A DNA stretch of 32,000 bases, taken from contig CAZONA010000005.1 of NCBI GenBank assembly GCA_964581025.1, forward strand, positions 19,228-51,227, read 5' to 3'. Origin of the DNA: an uncultured Lachnospiraceae bacterium. Lineage in GTDB: Bacteria; Bacillota; Clostridia; Oscillospirales; CAG-272. This document shows positions 8,041-16,893 of the stretch, piece by piece. Position 1 is the first letter of the stretch, and each line of letters begins with the position of its first letter. The notes beneath the pieces are model-generated. The model searched no databases. It had not been told where the DNA came from and saw nothing but the letters and a program-made list of their open reading frames with translations. The position numbers and the translations under genes are program-made.

Positions 8041-10605
8041 TTACACGGTATATGTGTATTCTCCGGTGCTGACCGTTTTCGCTTCGCCGTTCGGCAGGAT
8101 GATCTCGGCACTGCAATTGGCAGGGATCTTGACCGTGTAAACGGTCTTTTCTCCCCGTCTCTCCCAGCCGCTTTCGACAAGTCCGTAAATGCTTCTATAG
8201 CTTGCTCTTGCGTATGTCAATGTGCCGCCGACGGTGGGCTTGATCACGAAGGTATTCGGCTTCTCACCCATTTTTATTCCGCACATCGAGCCTATCAGCC
8301 ATTCGCAGAGTGCGCCCTTTGAGTAATGGTTAAGCGATGCGATTCCTCGGTCGCTCGTCATATTCCCCTCCCAAGACTCCCAAATGGTCGTTGCGTCGTT
8401 TTTCGGCATAAAGAGCCAGCCGGGGCATTCCTCGTTTTCAAGCAATTTATATGCATATTCGGGATCTATATCCGCAAGAATATCAAGAATATGCGGCGTT
8501 GACAAAAATCCCGTACCGAGTCGCCAGCCGTAATTTTCAAGTGCTTTGACAAGACGCAATCTTGCGTATTTCTCCTGCTCGTCCGTCAGAAGTCCCATAT
8601 AGAGAGGTCTGACGAGCTTTGCCTGTCTGTCGGTATCGAGGGTGTGTCCCTTTTTGGTTATAAGCTCTCTATACGCCTCTTTTGCGCCCTCGGAATACTC
8701 TCTTATTTTTTCAAGGCGGACGTCGTCGGATCTTCCCAAGATGTCCGCTATCTTCAGGACGTGCTTTAGGGTAAAGTACGTATAAGCCGTTGATTCCTCG
8801 GGATGGGGCGATGCGAAATCGTACCATTTGAACGCCATCACGTCGTTTGGCTCTGCCCATTCGCCGTAGGACTGCCCTGCGTTAACGGTATATTTTCTGT
8901 TTCTTTCAGACATAAAGAGCGGCTTTGCGTAAGGTCCGCCCCATCTGCCTGCACGGCGGATCATAAAGCTTGCGTATTTGAGCATTCCCTCGTAGTGCTC
9001 GGAAAGTATTCTCTTATCTCCGTATTTTAAGTACATTCCGTAAGGGATATAAACGCCTGCGCAAGCCCAGCCGACCGAGCCGTTCATTACCCACATAAAC
9101 CAGTCCTCGTTTGCGAAGGGGGCTATCTGCGGCAGGCGTCCGCTCTTCCACTGTCTGTCGTAGATATCCCGGACATGCTTTTTCGCAAACGGTGCATAAT
9201 CGACAAGGTACGATGCGGTATTGAAGAAAAGCTGACTGTCGCCCGTCCAGCCCATTCTCTCACGTGTCGGGCAGTCGGAGGGAAAATCGGTCGAATTGCT
9301 CTTGAGCGACCAGAGGGTGTTTTTATAAAATTGATTGATAAGGGGGTGCGAGCACTCGAAGGCGGAGGCTTCTTCAAATGCGCTGTACACCGCTACGGCT
9401 TCAAAATCGTCCTTTTCAAAGGGCACTTCCGTATCAATTTGCGCATACCGAAAGCCGCCGTAAAAATATTTCGGCGTATATTCGTTCAAGCCCTCCTTGC
9501 AAACGTACGTGATCTCCTGTCGGGGCGTTTTTTTACCTTTATGGGTGCACTGTATATTTTCGAGGGTGAGCTCCCCGTTCTTATCCAGCATTTCACCGAG
9601 AGTGATATGTATTTTATCTCCCCTGTGCGCATTGAGCTTGAACGAGATATATCCCGAAAGGTTTTGGGGGAATTTCAACACCTTGTTGCCCGACGGGGTG
9701 ATAATAAGCTCGGTCGGCCCAAAACGCTCGTGCTCCTTGACCGACACGTTATTCGACGCCGTCAGGTTAGCGGTAAACGGTACGGCTTTCGCTTTGCCAT
9801 CATACGACGGGGATCTGCTTGCGTTCACACGCTCGCCGTCCTTCAAATCTGCAAATTCGATCGCACCGTCCCTCGACCACTTCCAAGATTCGTCCGTACA
9901 CACCATTACCGTTTCGCCGTTTTTGCGGATGATCTCAAGCTGCATACGCAACTTGGTCTGCACACCGTAGGTATTCGTGCGTCCCTTTGCGCCGCTCGAG
10001 CCTCTGTACCAGCCGTCCGCAAGCTCGGCAGTAAAAATATTTTTGCCGTCATTCAAAAGATGCGTTACGTCGTAGGCTTGATACTGTATTCTTTTTCGGT
10101 AATCGGTAGAGCCGGGGGCGAGGACGAAATCTCCAATGCGGACGCCGTTCAATTTTGCCTCGTAAAGACCGCAAGCAGTCGCATAGAGTCTTGCGTGCTT
10201 GACGTCCGAGCACGAAAATTCTTTTTTGAAGGAATCAACTCCATAGCGTTGATTTTTCTTCGGCTTATAATCGCCCGATATCCATTTTGCCGTCCAATCG
10301 TCCGCACAAAGAAGTCCGAGCTCGAAGCAGGCGACGGAGGGCTCGCCCTCGTTGCCGTTTTCGTCCCAAAACGTAATGCTCCATTCCACACGCTGACGGG
10401 ATATGAGGGGATGGGGATATTCCGCACGCATAGCGTCGGAGGCGACTCTTCCGCTGTCCCAAACCGTTTTTCCGTCGGAGGTGGCGACAATTCTGTACGC
10501 CGTTTGCTTGATTCCGCCGTCGCACGTCCACGTAAGGCGCGGATTTTGAACATCTATGCCGATCGGATCTGACAAATATTCCGTTCTGAGATTAACCGCT
10601 CTCAT
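8041..10605 (-). CDS. Alpha-L-rhamnosidase, glycoside hydrolase family 78
   Basis: The 854-aa product has the characteristic GH78 N-terminus NLRTEYLSDPIGIDVQNPRLTWTC...QTAYRI. No signal peptide is apparent. An AAGGAGAG RBS lies upstream. Confidence 0.9.
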   Translation of the reverse strand: MRAVNLRTEYLSDPIGIDVQNPRLTWTCDGGIKQTAYRIVATSDGKTVWDSGRVASDAMRAEYPHPLISRQRVEWSITFWDENGNEGEPSVACFELGLLCADDWTAKWISGDYKPKKNQRYGVDSFKKEFSCSDVKHARLYATACGLYEAKLNGVRIGDFVLAPGSTDYRKRIQYQAYDVTHLLNDGKNIFTAELADGWYRGSSGAKGRTNTYGVQTKLRMQLEIIRKNGETVMVCTDESWKWSRDGAIEFADLKDGERVNASRSPSYDGKAKAVPFTANLTASNNVSVKEHERFGPTELIITPSGNKVLKFPQNLSGYISFKLNAHRGDKIHITLGEMLDKNGELTLENIQCTHKGKKTPRQEITYVCKEGLNEYTPKYFYGGFRYAQIDTEVPFEKDDFEAVAVYSAFEEASAFECSHPLINQFYKNTLWSLKSNSTDFPSDCPTRERMGWTGDSQLFFNTASYLVDYAPFAKKHVRDIYDRQWKSGRLPQIAPFANEDWFMWVMNGSVGWACAGVYIPYGMYLKYGDKRILSEHYEGMLKYASFMIRRAGRWGGPYAKPLFMSERNRKYTVNAGQSYGEWAEPNDVMAFKWYDFASPHPEESTAYTYFTLKHVLKIADILGRSDDVRLEKIREYSEGAKEAYRELITKKGHTLDTDRQAKLVRPLYMGLLTDEQEKYARLRLVKALENYGWRLGTGFLSTPHILDILADIDPEYAYKLLENEECPGWLFMPKNDATTIWESWEGNMTSDRGIASLNHYSKGALCEWLIGSMCGIKMGEKPNTFVIKPTVGGTLTYARASYRSIYGLVESGWERRGEKTVYTVKIPANCSAEIILPNGEAKTVSTGEYTYTV

Positions 10606-10619
10606 TTTGCACTCTCCTT

Positions 10620-12482
10620 TTACTGTATTGCGGCAAGCTCCGCTTGTATTTTAAGATAGTACGCTTCGCCCCTCTCACGTTCAAGTGCCCAAGCCGCCTC
10701 GTCGTGCTCGGACTGCTTTCTCTGCCTTGCTTCCTTTGCCGCAAGCTGTTTCGGGGTGAGGGACGAGAGCTTAGCCGCTCTCTTTTGCTCGGTTTTCTTT
10801 AATCTTGCGGCATTTTTCTCATTCGCCAAGCGTTGCTTTTGTGCCTGCTTTGCCGCTTTTTCGGCGACCTGCTTTTTGTGCTTTTCAAGCTCAGCGTCAA
10901 AGCTCAAGCCCCGTCTTTCGCATTTTACACGCAGCTGCTCCTCAAAGGCTCTCTCGTTATCGAGGCGGTATTTTTCCTCGTCAAGCCTTGCCTGCTCCTC
11001 ATCGGATATCCACGCCTTGCCCTGCGACTGTGCCAGAGCTCTTTGGCGCTCCTTGATGATCGCCTGCTTTTTCTCCACGTTTTTTTCCACGTTGAGAAAT
11101 TTAAGGAGCACGGCAAGCACTATTCCGGTTATCGTTTCAAGTCCGACAAATGCAAACGTTATAACGCTCTTTACATTTTCCGACTGCTCCGCCGCTACGG
11201 TTACGCCGTCCACGATGCTCGGAGCGATATATCCTGCGCCCGAAAGCATAGCGTTAAACATGCCCGTTGAGACGCCTGCGACACAGCAGGCGATGATGCC
11301 GTATACCGACATTGCCGTTCCGTCGCATCTTACGCCCGTTTTCCATTCGATATGGTCGAGCGTATCGGCAAACAGAGCCATAAAGACGTAGGCACAGGGC
11401 AAGCCGCCCATATTTTTAATAAACTGTCCTACTATGACTATATAAAGATCCGTGGGGAAAAGCCAGCATATCGCACTTCCCACGGAATAGAGAACAAAGC
11501 CCCACATGGTAACGTTGCGCTTGCCGAATTTTTTGGCGAGCGGCCAGATAAGAAAGATTCCTATGCCCATCGGAACTCCGCCGACGACGGAAACGAGCAT
11601 TTGAGTTATGCCGTCGTTATACGTGCCGAGAACGTAGTTACAGTAGTACACGAGCCCGAGATTTTTCAGTCCCGAAGCAAAGGTATATATGAGAAAATAG
11701 GCAAAAATTATGATCAGATATTTATCCGTGAACACTATCTTCAAGCTCTTAAGGAACGGGAGCTTTTTTTCCTCCGATCCGACGCTCTCCTCGGTAACTC
11801 TTTCCTTTGTGTAGTAATATTCAAGCAGGGTGAGCGGAAGTGCAAGGACACTCAGCAGGCTCATAACGCTTATCCACGCAGACTTATTTACACCGAGCAT
11901 CGGCATTATCGCCATCGGAAAGACGAGTGCGACCAATATTCCGCTCATCATGATCGTGGCTATCTGATTGAACACCGAAAGTCCGCCTCTCTGGATCGTA
12001 TTACGAGTCGAAAGGGGCACCATAAGGTTATGGTTCATATTGTAGATGGTATAGGCAAACGAATAGAAAAGGTTATAGGACACCATTACCCACGCAACCT
12101 GAAGTCCGACGCTTCCCGTGGGAACTGTAAAGAGCAAAATGCCCGTTAGGGTGATGAGCGGTGCGGAAATGAAGATCCACGGTCTTGCCTTGCCCTGCTT
12201 TGATTTCGTTCTGTCGATTATGTAGCCCATAAGTACGTTCGTTATGGCGTCGATTATTTTCGAAACTATCGGAAAAACCGTGAGAAAGACTCCGCCCCAG
12301 ACTCCTGTGAGATTCAGAACGTCGGTATAATAAACGTTAAGGTAGGTTGCCAAGACTGCATTCAAAAGAAGTGCGCCGCACGGTCCGATCAGATATCCGA
12401 GCCATTTTTCCTTGCCCGTTACGTTTTGAGAATGCACACGGCTGTTAAAAAGCTTGCCGCTCAGCATTTTTTCGGTTTTCAT
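10620..12482 (-). CDS. Glycoside-pentoside-hexuronide (GPH) family cation symporter with a C-terminal coiled-coil extension
   Basis: The N-terminal roughly 455 aa are polytopic and MelB/GPH-like ([11 protein letters not shown]..., multiple hydrophobic helices). The last 165 aa or so are K/E/Q/A/R-rich. The start overlaps the GH3 stop as ATGA. Confidence 0.85.
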   Translation of the reverse strand: MKTEKMLSGKLFNSRVHSQNVTGKEKWLGYLIGPCGALLLNAVLATYLNVYYTDVLNLTGVWGGVFLTVFPIVSKIIDAITNVLMGYIIDRTKSKQGKARPWIFISAPLITLTGILLFTVPTGSVGLQVAWVMVSYNLFYSFAYTIYNMNHNLMVPLSTRNTIQRGGLSVFNQIATIMMSGILVALVFPMAIMPMLGVNKSAWISVMSLLSVLALPLTLLEYYYTKERVTEESVGSEEKKLPFLKSLKIVFTDKYLIIIFAYFLIYTFASGLKNLGLVYYCNYVLGTYNDGITQMLVSVVGGVPMGIGIFLIWPLAKKFGKRNVTMWGFVLYSVGSAICWLFPTDLYIVIVGQFIKNMGGLPCAYVFMALFADTLDHIEWKTGVRCDGTAMSVYGIIACCVAGVSTGMFNAMLSGAGYIAPSIVDGVTVAAEQSENVKSVITFAFVGLETITGIVLAVLLKFLNVEKNVEKKQAIIKERQRALAQSQGKAWISDEEQARLDEEKYRLDNERAFEEQLRVKCERRGLSFDAELEKHKKQVAEKAAKQAQKQRLANEKNAARLKKTEQKRAAKLSSLTPKQLAAKEARQRKQSEHDEAAWALERERGEAYYLKIQAELAAIQ

Positions 12483-14920
12483 TGTTTTTTCTCCTTTTCC
12501 TTTGGTAATGCGGGGGCTTTTATCCCGACGCAGAAGTCCCGTATAGCCTTAAATATTTTGCCGTTTGCAAGGTCGACGAAGCCCTCTGCGAAATTGTACG
12601 GGAATCCGTCCTGTCCGGACATTGACATGGTAATTATCGAGTTGCTCTCGAGAATACGCCCAAGGAACACCGCTCCCTTTATTTTATTATCACGCTCGAC
12701 TCCCTCGGGGAGCTTTTTTGCTTTTTTCATATCGTTTTTTGCAACCGAGAGAACGGCGGCAAAAAGTATTCTGCCGAAGAAGGTCTCCCGCAGATCCGAA
12801 AATCTGCTTTCCATATTTATCGGAAGCTTCGGCATCTCGGGCGGTATCTTCAGTCCCGACATCTGCTCGAAGATGCGGTCGTCGACCTTATCCATATCCG
12901 CATTTTCATATACGGATGCGACCTCCCGTGTATACGGCGAGAGGATGTTCTCGCCCTGCAAGGTCAGCTTATGAGAGAGCTTTACCGTGCGGCAGTCGGA
13001 GCAGAGCTCAAACACATATTCTCCGCTTTCCAAAGCGTATCGCTCCTCTTTTATATTCCAATAGCGCAGATCGTCCTTTTTTATATTGACGGATATGCGT
13101 TTACTCTCGCCGCTTTTAAGATAGACCTTAGTAAAGCCCCGAAGCTCCTTTTGCGGCTTGAACACGTCCGTTTTGGGTGCTCTCACATAGAGCTGTACTA
13201 TCTCCGCACCGTCATATTTGCCGATATTTTGCACCATGCAGGATACGGTGATATTCTCTTTTTCTTCATCAACATTGATATCTCGGTAGTCGAACGAGGT
13301 ATACGAAAGACCGTATCCGAACGGATAGCGGACGTCCTTATTTGCGGTGATATAATAGCGATAGCCGACCATTACGCTTTCCTTATAGACCTCGTTTGTG
13401 CGAACTCCGAAATCATTGCCGAACGGGACGTCGGAATAGCTTTTCTGCCACGTTTCCGCAAGCTTACCGCAGGGCGTCCTGTTGCCGAAAAGCAGCTCCG
13501 CCGTTGCTCTGCCGCATCCCTGCCCGGGGAGATACATATTTAACACCGCTCCCACGTCATCCGCAAACGGAAGCGTTATCGGAGAGCCGCCGAAAAGCAC
13601 GACGGTGATCCTTTTATTCATTTTCAAAAGCGCATTCACGAGTGCGAGCTGATTTTCGGGCAGATCCGTATTTTCACGGTCTGCGCCCTCGCTCTCCACG
13701 TAATCGGTAAGCCCCAAAAACACGAGCACCCGTTCGTAATTTTCCGCAAGCTTCGTTGCTTCCGAAAGAAGAGCGTCGTCCGCCGCCGCCTCGTTCTCTA
13801 TGTATCCCTTTGCATAGGAATATTTTATTCCCATTTCGTCAAATGCGGCACGGGGCGTCGAAAGCGACGTCGGATTTATCATCGAGCTGCCCGAGCCCTG
13901 ATAACGAGGCTTTTCAAAAAGCTCACCGACGACGCAATATTTTTCATTTTCGGAGAGAGGCAGCTCGCCGTCGTTTTTCAAAAGCACCGCACTGTCGGCG
14001 GCTATCTCCGCAGCAAGTTCATCGTGGACCTTGAAATCCGCCGCCCTTCGTTTTTTGCCCTCGTGGCGTGCGACAAGGCGCAAGACGTTTTCCACCGCTT
14101 TATCGAGATCCGACATTGCAAGCGTGCCGTCGGCTATTCCGTCCGCGATCATTTTGCGGCATATTTTCGTATCTCCCGGCATTTCAAGATCAAGTCCCGC
14201 ACGGAGCATTTGAAGTCGGTCGTGGGTTGCTCCCCAGTCGGTCATTACAAGTCCCGAAAAGCCCCACTCCTTGCGAAGAACGTCGGTCAAGAGCCACTCG
14301 TTTTGGCAGGAATACGTGTCGTTTATCTTGTTATAGGAGCACATGATCGATTCGGGCGTGCTCTCTTTTACTATTATTTCAAAGGGTTTGAGATATATCT
14401 CTCGTATGGCACGCATGTCGCAGACGCTATTGCCCATGAAGCGATAATTTTCGCTGTTATTCAGCGCAAAATGCTTAACGGAAGTACCTGCGCCGCCGTC
14501 CTGAACGCCTCTTACCTCTGCCGCCGCCATTTTGCCCGAAAGCAAGGGATCCTCGGAAAAATACTCGAAATTTCTGCCGCCACGGGGGTTGCGCTTTATA
14601 TTCGTTCCCGGGCCGAGCAGGATATCAATGCCGTAGTGGGCACATTCTTCGGCTATTGCGAGCCCCATTTTATACGTATTCTCGGGATTCCAGCTTGACG
14701 CCACGGTCGCCGCAGTAGGAAACGCCGTTGCCGGCTCGCTTCCACTCACGCCGTTATCTCCTCCCTCGGCTTGCACTCGAAGTCCGTGCGGTCCGTCGGA
14801 CATACGGATCGACGGAATATTCAATCTCGGGATCGGGTTCGTGTACATAAAATCCGTTCCTGCGACAAGCGCCGCTTTTTCCTCGACCGTCAGCTCGGCG
14901 AGCATTTTTTTGATATCCAT
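12479..14920 (-). CDS. Beta-glucosidase, glycoside hydrolase family 3
   Basis: GH3 signatures are [15 protein letters not shown] and the nucleophile region GLVMTDWGA. An Fn3-like region follows, plus an extra C-terminal domain. A GGGGGAG RBS lies upstream and no signal peptide is apparent. Confidence 0.9.
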   Translation of the reverse strand: MDIKKMLAELTVEEKAALVAGTDFMYTNPIPRLNIPSIRMSDGPHGLRVQAEGGDNGVSGSEPATAFPTAATVASSWNPENTYKMGLAIAEECAHYGIDILLGPGTNIKRNPRGGRNFEYFSEDPLLSGKMAAAEVRGVQDGGAGTSVKHFALNNSENYRFMGNSVCDMRAIREIYLKPFEIIVKESTPESIMCSYNKINDTYSCQNEWLLTDVLRKEWGFSGLVMTDWGATHDRLQMLRAGLDLEMPGDTKICRKMIADGIADGTLAMSDLDKAVENVLRLVARHEGKKRRAADFKVHDELAAEIAADSAVLLKNDGELPLSENEKYCVVGELFEKPRYQGSGSSMINPTSLSTPRAAFDEMGIKYSYAKGYIENEAAADDALLSEATKLAENYERVLVFLGLTDYVESEGADRENTDLPENQLALVNALLKMNKRITVVLFGGSPITLPFADDVGAVLNMYLPGQGCGRATAELLFGNRTPCGKLAETWQKSYSDVPFGNDFGVRTNEVYKESVMVGYRYYITANKDVRYPFGYGLSYTSFDYRDINVDEEKENITVSCMVQNIGKYDGAEIVQLYVRAPKTDVFKPQKELRGFTKVYLKSGESKRISVNIKKDDLRYWNIKEERYALESGEYVFELCSDCRTVKLSHKLTLQGENILSPYTREVASVYENADMDKVDDRIFEQMSGLKIPPEMPKLPINMESRFSDLRETFFGRILFAAVLSVAKNDMKKAKKLPEGVERDNKIKGAVFLGRILESNSIITMSMSGQDGFPYNFAEGFVDLANGKIFKAIRDFCVGIKAPALPKEKEKKQ

Positions 14921-14951
14921 AATTCTCCCCCTTTTTTATTTTCTTAATTTT

Positions 14952-14960
14952 ATTATACCA
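14952..14960 (-). promoter_or_regulatory. Extended -10 element for the GH3 operon, probably activator-dependent
   Basis: The minus strand reads TGgTATAAT. No acceptable -35 lies at 16-18 nt, which fits an AraC-activated promoter. Confidence 0.35.
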
Positions 14961-14978
14961 CTTGTTTTGAGTTAGCAC

Positions 14979-15007
14979 TTGCAAAATTGTATGAAATCGG
15001 TTATAAT
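14979..15007 (+). promoter_or_regulatory. Sigma-A promoter for the AraC-family regulator
   Basis: TTGCAA lies at 14979-14984, followed by a 17-nt spacer and TATAAT at 15002-15007. The spacer contains ATGAAATC at 14991-14998. Confidence 0.55.
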
Positions 15008-15029
15008 TGTATTGTTTAAGGAGGAATTT

Positions 15030-16238
15030 ATGAAAAATATTGATTATAATTATCTTTGCACGGTTATCGGAAACCTTTCGGGCATTCCGATACGGGCTTA
15101 TCGGGGAGGAGAGCGGATATTCTTTTATTCCACGGTTGAGCTACCGAGCGATCCGCTGACGCCGTATCTCGAGGACGTTCTCGGGATAGAGTCCAACGTG
15201 GGTTACTTCATAACGCCTCTGTTTCATTACTACGGCGTGGTGAGCCGTCCGCCCTACAAAATAGTTATCGGTCCGACAAGGCAAACGGAATTGAACGAGC
15301 AGGACATACGGGAGCTTGCATTTCAATGCGACATTGGGACGGGTGATGTTGAAAAATTTATTTCCTCCGTAAAAAGCATAGTGCCGATGCCGCTTGCGAG
15401 CATAATACAGATCCTTTGCACGATGAATTACGTAATGAACGGCGAGAAGCTGTCGCTAAATGACGTAATGATATACGCCACAGAGCAGGAGGACATTAAA
15501 AAGAGACTGGAAACGGAGCGTGCGAACAGCGATTTTGATGCGGATTCCGACCTCACGAAAGCACAAAGCGGCATTCACAACACGCTTTCTCTTGAGCAAT
15601 CGCTTGTAAACATAGTGAGCAAGGGGGACGTTGCCGCCTTGCGTCAATGGATGAAAAACGCCCCCGCAGTTCGCGGAGGCACGCTTGCATCGGATCAGCT
15701 GAGGCAGATCAAAAACACGTTTATAGTAACAGCCACTCTGATTTCCAGAGCGGCTATACGGGGCGGAATGGATGCAAACGATGCGCTTTCCCTTTCCGAC
15801 GAATATATTCAAAGGTGCGAGCTGTGCTCAAGCATTGATCACATAACGAACATTCAATATCAGATGGTGTTTGAATACACCGAAAGAGTTGAGAGGCTGA
15901 GGCACGGCGGCTCGCCCTCGAAGCTCGTAATCGACGTCGGAAATTACGTTCAGCATCACCTCTCCGAGCCGATAAGCGTTGAGCGACTGGCAAAATCAAT
16001 GTTTTTGAGCAGGACCTACCTCGCCGCAAAATTCAAAAAGGAATCGGGCACTACGCTGACCGACTTTATACTTCGGGAAAAGGTGGAGGAGGCAAAACGC
16101 CTTTTGCGCTACACGGATAAGCACGCAACCGCCATTGCCGCATATCTCGGCTTTTCGTCCCACAGCCACTTTACCAACGTTTTCCGAAAATACACCGGCA
16201 CGTCGCCTGCAGAGTACAGAAAGCTGCACGGGGGGTGA
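15030..16238 (+). CDS. AraC-family transcriptional regulator (N-terminal sensor domain plus C-terminal double helix-turn-helix)
   Basis: The C-terminus reads ISVERLAKSMFLSRTYLAAKFKKESG...IAAYLGFSSHSHFTNVFRKYTGTSPAEYR. The start was set at ATG 15030, which has AAGGAGGA 5 nt upstream, rather than at the TTG at 14979. The gene is divergent from the GH3 operon. Confidence 0.85.
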   Translation: MKNIDYNYLCTVIGNLSGIPIRAYRGGERIFFYSTVELPSDPLTPYLEDVLGIESNVGYFITPLFHYYGVVSRPPYKIVIGPTRQTELNEQDIRELAFQCDIGTGDVEKFISSVKSIVPMPLASIIQILCTMNYVMNGEKLSLNDVMIYATEQEDIKKRLETERANSDFDADSDLTKAQSGIHNTLSLEQSLVNIVSKGDVAALRQWMKNAPAVRGGTLASDQLRQIKNTFIVTATLISRAAIRGGMDANDALSLSDEYIQRCELCSSIDHITNIQYQMVFEYTERVERLRHGGSPSKLVIDVGNYVQHHLSEPISVERLAKSMFLSRTYLAAKFKKESGTTLTDFILREKVEEAKRLLRYTDKHATAIAAYLGFSSHSHFTNVFRKYTGTSPAEYRKLHGG

Positions 16239-16245
16239 GTAGGTT

Positions 16246-16420
16246 AATGAAATCGTTCGCACAGCTCACGATGAAATCTTCAGCCTACGACTGCAGATGA
16301 AATCCTCGGTTGCACCTCGGATGAAATTAAATCCACCCATCCGCCGTCCGAGGCGGATTTCATCCCCGAAGGGGATTTCATCATCGAAGATGATTTATCC
16401 CACCCGTTAGGGTGGATTTA
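16246..16420 (+). repeat. Cluster of 8-mer motifs and short hairpins (ATGAAATC x4 direct, GATTTCAT-like x4 inverted)
   Basis: ATGAAAT(C) occurs at 16247, 16271, 16297 and 16321. GATTTCAT occurs at 16356 and 16374, with degenerate copies GATTTAT at 16392 and GATTTA at 16415. Hairpins are 16339-45/16352-58, 16362-67/16371-76, 16380-85/16389-94 and 16400-05/16410-15. TAAATCCACCC at 16328-38 is perfectly complementary to GGGTGGATTTA at 16410-20. Confidence 0.7.
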
Positions 16421-16428
16421 GTTGAAAG

Positions 16429-16457
16429 AAGCGGATTGCGTTGCAATCCGCTTTTTT
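16429..16457. terminator. Intrinsic terminator hairpin shared by the araC-side transcript and ssrA
   Basis: AAGCGGATTGC, loop, GCAATCCGCTT is followed by TTTTTT on the plus strand. On the minus strand the hairpin starts 2 nt after the tmRNA CCA end and is followed by CTTCTTTC. Confidence 0.7.
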
Positions 16458-16458
16458 C

Positions 16459-16849
16459 TGGTGGACCCGAGGAGAATCGAACTCCTGTCCGAAAACCCCT
16501 TGATACGACCTTCTCCGTGGGCAGTCGGCTTTTTTTATTTCCCACCCGTCGCCGTCAGTCGACGGACTGCGACAGGTCCGTAGCACTTTTTTGCTTGATC
16601 GGTTCAAGTGCGAAACGCCGATGCAAGTTCACCGCTGACTTGACGTTCAGTCCGCAGTCGCGGTTCTCTGCGGAGGAACGGGTAGCCCGCAGGCTACGGC
16701 ACTGCCATTGAAGCCCCGAGGGGCATCAATTAGGCAGCCATTGCAACAGTATTGTTGTCGTTTATTTTTTAATTTGAGCAGTTATCGGGATTACTCAGCC
16801 CGCCACGCTTATCGTACCTCAGAATCCCCGTCGAAACCATTACGAGCCC
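16459..16849 (-). ncRNA. ssrA: tmRNA (SsrA), one-piece
   Basis: The 5' end reads GGGCTCGTAATGGTTTCGACGGGGAT. The 3' end reads GGACAGGAGTTCGATTCTCCTCGGGTCCACCA, which gives a T-arm, an acceptor stem with a G3:U pair, and an encoded CCA. An internal tag frame ends ...AAC GAC AAC AAT ACT GTT GCA ATG GCT GCC TAA (..NDNNTVAMAA*). smpB lies 1.6 kb upstream on the same strand. Confidence 0.9.
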
Positions 16850-16864
16850 TTGGGGTACTTTAAT

Positions 16865-16893
16865 ATTATACACTATTTTTGCAAAATAATCAA
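16865..16893 (-). promoter_or_regulatory. Putative ssrA promoter
   Basis: The minus strand reads TTGATT (16893-16888), a 17-nt spacer ATTTTGCAAAAATAGTG, then TATAAT (16870-16865). The -10 ends 15 nt upstream of the mature tmRNA 5' end, which is compatible with a short RNase P-processed leader. Confidence 0.55.

Noticed and set aside
9175-10572. A 465-aa plus-strand ORF, together with other long antisense ORFs: 2359-3315 (-), 4089-4895 (-), 7201-8016 (-), 11352-12149 (+), 14024-14698 (+), 17174-17851 (+), 19543-20832 (+), 22306-23079 (+), 23131-23970 (+), 23972-25423 (+) and 25917-26594 (+).
   Set aside because: Each lies opposite a confidently identified gene: GH78, PAP2/holB, ricT, nnrD, the GPH transporter, GH3, DUF1846, GH13, glgP, glgA or glgD. 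Their translations are low-complexity or R/S/V-rich, which is typical of antisense frames in GC-rich coding DNA. None has a credible RBS.
16247-16410. Mini-ORFs beginning with the repeated ATGAAATC (MKS...): 16247-16300 (17 codons) and 16297-16410 (37 codons), joined by an ATGA overlap.
   Set aside because: No Shine-Dalgarno precedes either ATG. The peptides have no recognisable features. The repeated ATG is more simply explained as part of the 8-mer DNA or RNA motif.
16355-16457. A CRISPR-like impression: short hairpins each followed by ATTTCAT, ATTTAT or ATTTAGTTGAAAG. This recalls the stem-loop plus ATTGAAA(C) 3' handle of some type I repeats.
   Set aside because: The units are only 18-23 nt and contiguous, with no 30-40 nt spacers. 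The stems differ in sequence and no cas genes are present in the window. The region is reported as an unexplained motif and hairpin array instead.
16239-16458. A possible prophage or genomic island integrated at the ssrA 3' end.
   Set aside because: The window contains no integrase and no second copy of the tmRNA 3' terminal sequence (TCGATTCTCCTCGGGTCCACCA). The flanking genes on that side are ordinary carbohydrate genes. Only a possible scar is retained, as one hypothesis in the findings.
16412-16711. A 99-aa plus-strand ORF and a 66-aa minus-strand ORF (16407-16607).
   Set aside because: Both overlap the tmRNA gene, whose 5' and 3' tRNA-like ends and tag frame are clear.
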